NCBI GenBank assembly: GCA_012295275.1
Contig: CM022672.1
Coordinates: 23,188,001-23,252,000, forward strand
Reading direction: 5' to 3'
Length of the DNA: 64,000 nt
Origin: Chrysomallon squamiferum
Taxonomy: Eukaryota > Animalia > Mollusca
Shown piece by piece: positions 52,934-64,000 of the stretch (positions are counted from its first letter, which is position 1; every line of letters begins with the position of its first letter). The notes below the pieces were generated by a model. That model was given only the letters and a program-made list of their open reading frames with translations. It was not told the DNA's origin and searched no databases. A program made the position numbers and the translations under genes.

Positions 52934-53048
52934 CGGAAGGTTTATCCATCAAACTTATCAATTATTTTCGTATAAATGCACTCCGATTTCGTTTCATTTA
53001 GTCATAATAACTTTAACATTTTCGATAGCTGTCGTCGTAGCAGTCTAG
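52934..53048 (+). promoter_or_regulatory. Orphan cluster-type promoter and exon 1, with no coding exon immediately downstream
   Basis: CGGAAGGTTTATCCATCAAACTTATCA at 52934, TATAAAT at 52971, donor TAG|GTAAGC at 53049. Confidence 0.65.
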
Positions 53049-54993
53049 GTAAGCAAGGTTGTCTCGCTTTATTTATTTTATTTTTCAGTTGTCGTTCTTC
53101 TTATACATGAAATAGTAATTATTATTTTATTTTATTTTATTTTATTTTATTTTATTTTATTTTATTTATTTATTTATTTATTTTTGTGATGAGTTGTTGT
53201 TATTTTAAAAAGGTTAAAAATAGATGCATTTTGTATGGGTACAAGATACCAGGTCTACTTTAATTCTTTTCGTATTTTACTTGTTAAGTTTGTAGTTCTT
53301 TTTAGTCTTTAGTGATGTCGTTCTGAACGTTTATATAGAGTTCGTGTACGGGTGTGATCGTAAGCGCTCACGCTAGATAATATTCTGACTGTGTATGTAG
53401 GGATTAATTTATGGTAAAAGTTGCAATTCTTTAAAAAGAAAAAAAAAAAAAAAACAGTGAATGAGCGGGGTCTTTTGACTACGTGTATCTAGTTCAGATT
53501 ACAAATATCTTGCACAGACTAGGTATACAAGATGTCATTTATTCATTTAATTTGTCTTTTCGCTTAGATTTCAATAAATAAATTATGATTTGTGTGTGTG
53601 TGTGTGTGTGTTTTTTTGTGTGTGTCTGTATAGGTACGGGTGTATGTGTTGCATGTGTGTTTATATATATATGGATATATATATGTTTGTATGTATATAC
53701 GTGTATATGTACGTATGTATGTATGGCTGTATATGTATCTTTGTATCTACGCATATATTCATGCATGTCTGAATGTATATGTATGTGTGCTATGGGTGTA
53801 TAAATGGATGTTTGTATATGTATATATTTTGTATGTATATGTGAGTGCGTGTTTGAGTGCATGTGTTTATGTACGTATGTGCAGTAATTCTTTGATTATT
53901 GGTGATTATTCTGATATTTGAAAAGTGGAGTTAAAAAAAAAAAAAAAAAAAAATGGCGGGCAAATAGCCATCTGGAACTAAACCCTCTCCTGTCTGTGTC
54001 ATTTTGTTTAGTTGCGATCACCATTTTCATCTCATTAGCATCAGCCAATCAGCGCTCTGTATTAAAGATCATGATCAAAACGCACGTGATAGCTGTTTTT
54101 TTTTGTATTTTCCTTCGAGCATGTAATTGCTTTTTCGAGCAATCTGCTTCGAAGATGTTGTCTTTTAGGTGTCCTTATGCATAACGGTTTAAAACAAAGG
54201 TTTGATTTGAAATGGGAAAAATATTTCATTCTGTTTAATTCACAATATTAAACTCTCAGAAAAAGTGGCCCATGTCAGTATATCTACAGTCCCTATAGTG
54301 TCCCTGATTCAACAGACGGCGCTAGTGAACAGTCCGCTTGAAAACGAAAAACATGTTTAAATTTATGTTCAGTCAACTGTAAATAAATGCTTGAAAGTTA
54401 AATAAAAAATTGTTTTCCAGTATTAAGTATAATTATTTTCATTGGTTCGTAATTTGCTTAAAGCGATTTTGATATATGCTTTGACACGTTAATTAACACC
54501 AATGTGCATATGCATATATATATGTGTGCGTTCGTTATGTTCAAAGATTAATATTTCTCATCGTTTTTATTATTTATACTTTTAGGTATTTTACGGGACA
54601 TCTAACTGAACAGATGTTTTACTTCAAGAAATTAAAAAAACAATAAAAAAAAAAAAAACTTATATCTGTCTTATTTTCCACTTTGGCTGACCAATACATT
54701 CCTTTTTTATATTCTTTTGTCTGTATATATGTCTGAGTACGTGTGTCTCTCTCTGTCTGTATCTGTATCTGTGTTAATAACAAACACGAGTCTCTAAGAA
54801 CGACGACAACAACAGCAACGATCCAAATAAATATATGAACAATAATAAAAACGGGGAAAGGTTATGTATATTGTCATAATTTTATATATATATGTATGCA
54901 TGTATATATGTATGTGTGTGTCTCTATATATATACACATATATATATATATCCACCGAATGTTTGTGTGTATGTTATATAAATATGTATGTGT

Positions 54994-55047
<54 letters not shown>

Positions 55048-56021
55048 ATATATATATGTGTGTGTGTGTATGTATGTATATATGTATGTGTATGTATCTC
55101 TCTCTCTCTATCTTTATATACATATTTATTTATATATAGATAGATAGATATATAAATTGATAAATATACAGATATCATAATTAAATTACGTTTTAATAAC
55201 AGTTATACATCCATCCATACGTATTCATCCTTCTCTCCGTCTGTCCGGAGAAAACTCGGCAGAAAACTTTTAATACACATTGTATTCTAAGTCAATAATT
55301 ACAGCTGAAATACAGTAGAAACTTTACCTACGTAGTTAATAATCACTGTAATAAAACTGCTCCCTTCCTGTGTTTTTATTACTTTTGTACCATTCGAGAA
55401 AAGTGCCTAGAAATAGAAACATCTACAAAACAGGAAGAAAATAACTGTTTTAAAGTAATATCAAAAAAAAAAAAAATATATATATATATAAATCAAAGCA
55501 ATTTCAATGTTATTAAACACCACTATATAAATTAATAATAATAATAATAATAGCAACAACAACAACAACAACAATAACAACAACAACAACAACAACAACA
55601 ACTACTACTACTACTACTACTACTACAATAGGACCACGGACTACTACTACTGTAAAGGCAATCACAACTATTGTTACAAGAGATATTACTACCAATGCTA
55701 CAACAACTAACTGTTTATATTAATATTGTCATTAACGTAATTGCTATTAAAGGCAACTGTTATTAATAGTAAAACAATATAAAAACAAAAATAAAAATAA
55801 ATAACGTTACTAAAACTTAGACAATAAATTACGCAGGTGGTCGTATAATATAAAATTATTAAATTTTATATCCGTACAATTAACAAGACTTTATTTCTAG
55901 AAAAAGCTACGTTACGTCAGAAAACATGGCCTGCAGCTGGGGTTGGTAAATAAATGATATAAGAGAACAAAATAAAAACAACTCATTTACTGTGATTAAA
56001 GCATAAAAAACGATATTTAAG

Positions 56022-56142
56022 CGGAAGATTTATCAATCAAACTTATCAAAATTTTTCTATAAATTTGAAGAAATTAAGTGGTTGCCTTATTACACTTTGA
56101 AAGTTACTTGTGACGGCCTCAACTGCTGCAGTTATTAATCTG
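56022..56142 (+). promoter_or_regulatory. Probable GRP11 promoter and non-coding exon 1
   Basis: CGGAAGATTTATCAATCAAACTTATCA at 56022, TATAAAT at 56058, probable donor CTG|GTAGGA at 56143. Confidence 0.65.
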
Positions 56143-56639
56143 GTAGGAATAATTATAATATTTTGTTTATATGTGACTGTTTGAATCAGAAGTGTACTGC
56201 ATTTATTTGTTTAGTATTATAACTCTTAGGTTGAAAGCTATTTAAATCTGAATTTTAATTTTGTCATAAACACTTTTCGTTTTAAAATTTTATTGCTGAA
56301 TTATGAAAAGCCAAAATGAATTATCTTTTGTCAAATTTTAAGAAAAAAATAAGAATAATTTATTTAAGAAATTAATATTATTATTATTATTATTTTTATT
56401 TAGTATTAAAATTAGTATATAACTGTTATAAATATTTAATTTGAATAACATATATTATTAATTATTTAATTATATAATTCATTAATTATTAGATATAGTT
56501 ATTTAATTATATTTGTAAACAACAACAACAACAAACAAATAAAAATAACAACAACATAAAAGCGACGACAGAAGTCCCTCAAAAAAAAAAAAAGAAGAAA
56601 GTATTTAGTATATATTAATACGAAATGTCACATACAAAA

Positions 56640-58980
56640 TTTACTTTTTCAAATTTATTAACATTTAAAGGGAGGCTACCAACTAAAACCTTTCTGTGTG
56701 CTTTCACGATAATTACTTGAATATATAACTCGGGACACATATTTTTAAAATTGTTTATATATCTTAATATCTACGATTTAACAGAGTTCCATGGTCCCAT
56801 TGAACGTTAAACCAGTATTGTTCAGATCTATTAATTATAATTGTTTCGTATTCATTGTTTTATGTTAACTCCTTTGAAATTTTACGATAATACAAATAGT
56901 TTAAATAAAAAATCGTAACTTCCAAGTTACTTTATTATATATTTATTTATTTATTTTAATTTATAAAACCAATATTTACTACTAATAATATTATCATGTC
57001 AGTGGTTTATTTATTTTACTTATCTTTTACATGATTTAAACAGCCATGATAAAATATTTCTGATTTCTGTATAATCATAAGTTCTGTGTCATTCATTGTT
57101 ATATTTAAATTAAAACCCACGTTTAAAACGTTTTTATTAGAATACAGCTTCAACGTTTGATTGATCATACTCAATTCAATAACGATATAACCATAAATCC
57201 TAGAAGATTTTACAGTGATTACTGAGGAAATATCATTACTCTTGTCGTTATTTCTTAACTTTATTACCACTAAAGAAAAACACAACTTACAAAAAGATAG
57301 ATCTGTTTTTACGAGAATAGGTCGACTTAGAGGTATTGTCTTGGCAGAGCCAGAAATAATAAAATGATGTTTTTGTCTCATATTTGAAAACTAGTGACGG
57401 AAGTGTGTCATAAAAGTGACGACTCGAACTTATTTTAATTAGAACAAACTGACAAGTGATAGTCTTTTGTCAAAAATCCACAAGTGTTCAGGAACAAAAC
57501 AACAAAGGAAACAAAATACGTTCTATATAATGGAGTAAACTTATTATAGGACTCGCAAAGAAAATTAATTTAGAACTGGAGTTAGAGAAATCTGTTAAAG
57601 TAGCTCTGTAAACGGTGAAGGTCATTTTAAATATAAATGATGAGCAAGTTTTGTTTAATGTTTTATGGAACGATAGAAATTATAGACAGTTTAAAGAATA
57701 TATGTGTCCTCAGTTATTTACTTAAATACGTATTTCTAACACCACATAGCAAACGTTCAGAACGGTAGCCTCCCTTTAAATGTTGAAAGACGAAAATTAT
57801 TAATGGCCCCCTCTTCCTTTTTGTAAGGACAATTTTGTATTTTGCTCTATCTACGATAATCTTCGATATTTTTTAAACGGTGGTATGAATTTTCTTATGA
57901 ATATTATCAAATTTTTACTCCAAACGAACAATTGATTTTAATAATGAATGACAAAGCAAAATTTTTAATATTATTTTCTTTAATATGTTTCAAAGTCGAA
58001 AGAATCTCACCTTTAAATTATCAGGTGTTTTCTTTGTTTTGTTTTCTTATTTTCTTATTTTTTTTTTTTTAACTGGAGATTAATTATCATAGTGATTTTT
58101 GAACATTTATTGGTGTATTGGAAGTATTGGAAATTCTGGTTGTTATTTTTTCCTTATTCGTTTTTGGTCTTCAAAGAGATTTTTCTTTTCCAACGCTAAC
58201 AATAACTATAGGCGAGATCAGTCACAGCAACAATTCTCCAAGACGTTGCTATTAGCCTATTTCCCGTTCCAGTCAGTTTCAGATTAATGATATTTTACAA
58301 TTTTATTTTTCTTTGTTAAAGTTAATCATCGAAAATACGGCAAAATAAGAATGCAGCGGGTTTTCTCTTTGTATTCATAATTATAGAAAAATTACACTTA
58401 AGCGAACTGTTAGATAATTTTGAATGATGCATTAATTAATTATTTATTTAATTAATAATATTTAGTAATTATAAGCTGATCAGATATCACTCAGTATTTA
58501 TTCATTCACAGCAAGGTTTTTGTATATAGATTTGTTACTATTTTAGTTTTCTTATATTTGTAGTTTTGTTTGCTAGGTTTAATTAACAAACTTAACATTA
58601 AATCACCAACTGTTGTGGTCAGTAAAATTAATATTTGTTAAACACTAATTAAGAATTCAGTGTGTGGGACAAAATCAGTCAAGGTCATTTTAAACAGAAA
58701 TAATGAACAGTACCAGTTTAACGTTTTATGGAACGATGGATATCAATTAAATGGTAACAAATTCAGATTTTATAGACAATTAGTTGGTAGTCTCCCTTTA
58801 AATGTCGAAAGAGGACGATATAACTGGCCTACTTGTAAGGACTGTATTGAAAATGAACGGCACTTTTTATTATTTTTCCATATCTAGATATATTTTAAAC
58901 GATAATATGAATTTTTCTTATGAATGATAAAGCACAACGTTTAATAGCACTCATTTTATTTTCTACGTTTCAAAGGCGAA
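56640..58980. mobile_element. Three short CR1/L2-like LINE 3'-end fragments (~56640-56820 minus; ~57540-58000 and ~58670-58980 plus) in the inferred GRP11 intron 1
   Basis: LVGSLPLNVERGRY...CKDCIENERHFLL resembles the L.IE.GRY...C..C...E.E.HFL end of LINE ORF2. The ggtagcctccctttaaatgt core occurs in both orientations. Confidence 0.6.
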
Positions 58981-59270
58981 AGAACCTTATTTAAGCTTAT
59001 GTTAAGTTTTAATTACATATATATTTACTTTTATAAAGAGCCTTATTTATTAAGCTTATGTTAAGCTTTTATTACATATTTATTTATTTTTATAAAGAAC
59101 CTTATTTATTAAAGTTATGTTAAGTTTTAGTTACATATTTATTTATTTTTATAAAGAACTTTATTTATTAAGCTTATGTTAAGAGTTAATTAGATATTTA
59201 TTTATTTTTATAAAGAACTTTATTTATTAAGCTTATGTTAAGATTTAATTACATATTTATTTATTTTTAT
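58981..59270. repeat. AT-rich minisatellite, ~59-bp unit x 5
   Basis: agaaccttatttattaagcttatgttaagt...ttacatatttatttatttttataa is repeated in tandem. Confidence 0.9.
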
Positions 59271-59568
59271 GTATAGTATTATTATCGTAAATTCTTCCTT
59301 CATATTAATATTTCTTTACGACATTTGTTTTCATTTTAGTTCAATAATGACAGTTTTATGCGTGTGTAATTTTCTTTTTTTTAAATTCCTTTTAAGTCTA
59401 ATATATCCTTTATTAAGCTTTATGCGTTTCATCAACCTAATTAGGCTAAAAAATATCATTTTATGTAATTAATGTATTATGTCATGTCTTATTCTCATCT
59501 GACACAAATAAACAAATAAACACACATACAATTTATTTAATAATAATGTTTTTGTTTCAGCCTTCAAG

Positions 59569-59778
59569 ATGATGAAAGTGTTAATCCTTGTCTTGGTCTG
59601 CCTGTCCTTGTCACTTGCGTACCCTGGATACAGCTACGGAAACTACGGATTTCATTACCCGTACAGTTTCTCTTTCAGCTACCCACTGACCGGGTACATT
59701 TGGAATTATGGCGCCCCAGTTCATGGCTACAGCTTCAGCTGGGGCTACCCGGGTGGCTCTAGATTTGCTTACTTTTAG
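59569..59778 (+). CDS. GRP11: intact 69-aa secreted Tyr/Gly/Ser/Phe-rich peptide
   Basis: tttcag|ccttcaagATGATG, the same context as GRP9/10. Signal MMKVLILVLVCLSLSLA and mature YPGYSYGNYGFHYPYSFSFSYP... Donor right after the stop (TAG|GTATAC at 59779), acceptor 60895, AATAAA 60980. Confidence 0.88.
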   Translation: MMKVLILVLVCLSLSLAYPGYSYGNYGFHYPYSFSFSYPLTGYIWNYGAPVHGYSFSWGYPGGSRFAYF

Positions 59779-60083
59779 GTATACATTTTGAATATATGTC
59801 TCTTTCTCTATCTGTTTATCTCTTTCTGTTTGTTTCTCTTTCTCTCAAACGTACACGTCTATATATCTGTCTTATCAGTTTGTTTGTTGGAAAATCTGTT
59901 TATATATCTGTATGTGATCTGTCTGTGTGTTTGTCTGTCTCTCTGTGTATGTATATTTGTTTTTATGTACTGATTGGTATTTTATATCATTATTGTTGTT
60001 GGCCGCATCTTCAAACAGTGCTGATTAAATATTTAATTAAATAAGTTTACTTAGGTTGTTACATAGATTCCAATACTTACTGG

Positions 60084-60112
<29 letters not shown>

Positions 60113-60114
<2 letters not shown>

Positions 60115-60624
60115 GTGGTACCTTGACTTACGAGTTTAATTCGTTCCGAGACCGAGCTCGTAACTCAGAATAAAATTAATTGAAATACCATTAATCCGTT
60201 CCAGCCTTCCAAAATAACCACAATGTTTTCTAACGTGTTTTTAAATAAGAAAAATGTATGTATGAATGACAAATATTGTATAAAAACAAAATAAAAGAGA
60301 ATGTAAAGAAACAAATTGTTTTCATGCTTTAATTCAATGGACATCATCCGCTCCTACTTCTCAGCACTATCCTTTGCACTCACTTTCTTAGGATCCATGG
60401 AGATTTGGCAAAATACTGCACAAAACGCGAGCATAACATGGCGAGATAGCCAGGTTAAACATCGAGTGAAACGCGGGATGCTGGGCGGATGTTGTGTTGT
60501 TCGTTGTGCGCCAACTAGCTCGTATCTCGGATTTTTACTCGCAACTAAAAGCACAATGGCCAGGTCGGCTGCTCGTAACTCGGAAACTCGTATATTGGAG
60601 CACTCGTAACTCAAGGTACCACTG
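60113..60624. mobile_element. 512-bp pogo/Tigger-like MITE in the GRP11 3'UTR intron
   Basis: 23-bp TIRs (cagtggtaccttgacttacgagt / actcgtaactcaaggtaccactg, 1 mismatch), TA on both sides and internal CTCGTAACTC repeats. Confidence 0.88.
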
Positions 60625-60666
60625 TATATATTGTGTGTGTGCACGCGCGCGCGTTTATGTGTGTGC

Positions 60667-60711
<45 letters not shown>

Positions 60712-60841
60712 TATATTTATTTATTTATTTTATTTTATTTATTTGTTTATTTATTTCATTTCATTTTATTTTATTTTATTTTATTTTATTTTATTTTATT
60801 TTATTTTATTTTATTTATTTGTTTATTTATTTCATTTTATT

Positions 60842-60888
<47 letters not shown>

Positions 60889-62762
60889 TTTTCAGATCTA
60901 AGCAACAAAATTCACTTTTGGTGAATGGGAAAATGCCGGGCGACATTTAAATAATCCAGACAAGTAATTTCAATTCAGCAATAAAATCTTCAGTTTCAAA
61001 ACAGATTTTGTTTTCTGTTTAATTTATAGAGCTTTGTTCACATGCTTTTATCCAGCGAGACGAAGAAAAAAAAAAAATTAGATAACTAAAACTAAACATG
61101 TTTGTTCTGATTGAATAGCACTACGTTGAAAACGTATGTATCATTTTCAATTCACCGAAGTATTAAAAACTAGAAATCATATAATAATTAATTGGAACAA
61201 AAATTTATATTTTGGTTCACAGTCAGTTCAAAACGAAAATTAAGATTATCGTTTACAAACAGTTCAAAATCATACAGATCAGATTACAGTCCGCAGTCAG
61301 TTCAAAACTAAAATTCAGACTAGAGTTCACAACATTATCAGACTAATTATTTAGTCATTGGGACTAAGTTAATCTTTCGTCTCATTAACTGGTCTAATTT
61401 TTTTGAATGACTTCGTTGGTAATTAAGCGTTTACATTGACAGTGTCAGGTAATCATTTATCTTATTTCGTTTCATTTGATTTAAGCTATGTTAAAATTGT
61501 TATAAATATAGTTAATAATAGCAACACAGATAATAACAGCCCCACTCCATAACCACACATTCTATAACGTACTATTTGCAAATATGGATGCACTTTTAAC
61601 TGATCTACATATCGATTTATAAACACAAACTAAATTATAAAATATACCTGCAATATAAACACACACATACACACACACACATACATACACAAGCATAGAA
61701 GGTACTGAAAACACTCACACACACACACACATACACATATATAAATCTTCAGATATATATATTATTCACAAATATACACCTGTACGAGTTAATTTATGCC
61801 TATGTGCGCATATTTATATGTATGAGTCTATGCATAATGTATATGTTTGATTGCTTCTGTGCATTTTTGGCTGTTAGCATGAATATTATTATCAACAGGC
61901 GTCTCTTGAAAACATATCAGTACATAATTACGTCAGAACGTACTGAACATGAGTAACTGTTACAATGTCTAGCTGTTAGGGTCTGACAGGTCATATTAGT
62001 CACTAAGTGTATACTAATGATTTCCTTAGGGCATTATTAATTACCGTTAACCATATACGTGTTTTAAAACATGTCATGTGTCCAACAAAGCCGGCTGGCC
62101 TGGACAGTATAATTACGTCAGATAAGTATTTTAAAGGTTTATAAGTACTGTTAGCTAACACTGTGAACCCAGATCTAATTCAGATTACTTAGATTCAGCG
62201 AAAATTATTTTAAAATATTATTCTTTTGTGGCAATGTAAATAGATAGCTGAATCAATTAATGTATAATTTTCAATGAGTTGTTTAATTGTTGTTGTTTTT
62301 TAACAGTAATTTACAATAATAGTTGTTAGAGGTTACCATTTGCTATATTTCGAAATTATGTTTAAACTGTTAAAGGAAAAGAAAAGAAATAATAATAATA
62401 ACAACAAAACAACAAAAACAACTATAAAGACAATTAACAAGTAAATGAATTAGTGAATGAATGAATGAATAAATAAATAAGTAAATCAAAAGATAATTAT
62501 AAAAACAAGTTTAATATAAAAGTAGGCCCCACCCCAAAAAAGAAAAAACCAACAAAAAAACTCAATACAAACAACAAACAACAACAACAACAACAAGCCC
62601 TCATACACAATAAGCAAACAAAAAAGAATCATATCCAATGAATATTAAAAACTCAAAACAAACAAAATAATGAAAAGGACAAGAGATAGAAGAGAGATAG
62701 CAAGTAACACTGAAAGACAGATAAATGATGAGATAGATACTACTGTAGATATGCAGAGATGC

Positions 62763-62805
<43 letters not shown>

Positions 62806-62950
62806 GTAATATAGTGTAATAAAAATCAAAGCAACTAATCATAAACAACGAAACACATCAAAGTAACAAAATATTTAAAAAAATAGAAATAATAAAGCCA
62901 AGAATAAAATAACTAAAACAGATAGTTAATAGAAACCAGATTCCCCCCCC

Positions 62951-63012
<62 letters not shown>

Positions 63013-64000
63013 AAAAAAAATAAAAAAAAATAATAAAAAAAAAAAAAAAAATAAAAAAAAAAAAGAAAAATACAAACATAAAAAATAAAAACAATTTAAA
63101 CAACCACAGACAAACACATACTAGGAAATACACACAAACAAAAAAAACAAGAAATATTTTGATAGCGAGACAGCTAGTAATTAATTATAAAGAATAAATA
63201 AATACAAAGGCTGATATTAAACTGAACATAAACCACAAAAATTTCATAAGCAACACAAACAAAAAAAAATAAAATAAAATAAAATTAAATTAAATAAATT
63301 AAATAAAAAATTATAATAAAAACAAATTCAAGAATAGCAACAAATAAATACATTTTAGAAAAAGAACGAAATATCGAGAAAACAAGAACACAAACAAAAT
63401 AAACACAAGAACAAACAAGCAGAAAGTAAAAATATATAAATACATAACAATAATAATAATAAAAAAATAAAATAAAAATAAAATCAATACATCCCCCGCC
63501 ATGAAAAAGAAGAAGCAAAAGCGACAGGAATATCAAATCTATGGAGTCACACTGAGGTTTGATCTCAGATCTATGTCGGTTGATGTGTCAGTGGAGCCAA
63601 GGGGAACAGTTAATTGATGTATATGTGTATGTATGTCAGTACTTTGCGGCAATTACGTGACAGAATGTGAAAATTAAATTTAAAAAAAAATTAAAAACTA
63701 AAAAAAAAATGGGATCGGCATCTGGAGTATCACTAGCTTTCAGCTGACTGCGCCTGGAGCTATCAATTTTGAAATACTTTGAAGTATTAAGTTTATATTT
63801 ATTTTATTGCATTTTAAAAAAGAAAAATTAAGTTATTATTTACGGGTGTAATATAAACATGTCATTTATGCTTTAATTAATTTAGGTATAATAAAATAAA
63901 CGGGAAATGAAGATACGAATTGATATAGTGATGATAGAAGTACTTAAAGATAAATAATAATGCCATTCACTAATTGTCATCATCCTAGATATGAAGACGA

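Noticed and set aside
53950-54350. Relatively GC-richer patch with CCAAT and CACGTG, and a similar patch at 63540-63780
   Set aside because: No ORF, RNA fold or terminal repeats could be supported. They are probably repeat-derived, so I left them unannotated.
57016-57381. 121-aa minus-strand ORF
   Set aside because: AT-rich with no recognisable domain or splice context. It lies among LINE debris in the inferred GRP11 intron.
58981-59270. Regular repeat array considered as a CRISPR-like locus
   Set aside because: The units are contiguous with no unique spacers, the context is eukaryotic and there are no cas genes, so it is a minisatellite.
60316-60710. 97-118 aa ORFs with ordinary composition
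   Set aside because: They lie within the 512-bp MITE and show no recognisable transposase motifs.

Overview
This is AT-rich, microsatellite-laden eukaryotic (animal) genomic DNA. It looks invertebrate, possibly molluscan or lophotrochozoan, but the taxon cannot be fixed from the sequence. The window holds a tandem cluster of 11 coding exons for small secreted, almost uncharged glycine-rich (GX)n structural proteins, labelled here GRP1-GRP11. Seven ORFs are intact (GRP4, 6, 7, 8, 9, 10, 11), two are frameshifted (GRP1, GRP5) and two are promoter-less probable pseudogenes (GRP2, GRP3). The copies follow one inferred three-exon plan: a TATA promoter with a short non-coding exon 1, one exon carrying the whole CDS, an intron starting 0-20 nt after the stop codon, and a non-coding exon 3 with AATAAA. 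Eleven promoter copies share a fixed grammar, CGGAA..(ATCAAT/ATCGAT/TTATC)..TATAAA, with CGGAA 35-37 nt before the TATA box in 10 of 11. This holds even between subfamilies whose proteins and introns do not align. The X residue differs by paralogue: Ala/Leu, Val/Leu, Thr, His/Trp, Tyr/Leu, His/Met/Phe and Tyr/Phe/Ser. Intergenic DNA records the duplication history through CR1/L2-like and RTE-like LINE relics, TA-flanked Tc1/mariner and pogo/Tigger-like MITEs, a decayed KRBA2/Ginger-like integrase and local tandem duplications. Most other ORF-track entries are simple-repeat or shadow ORFs.
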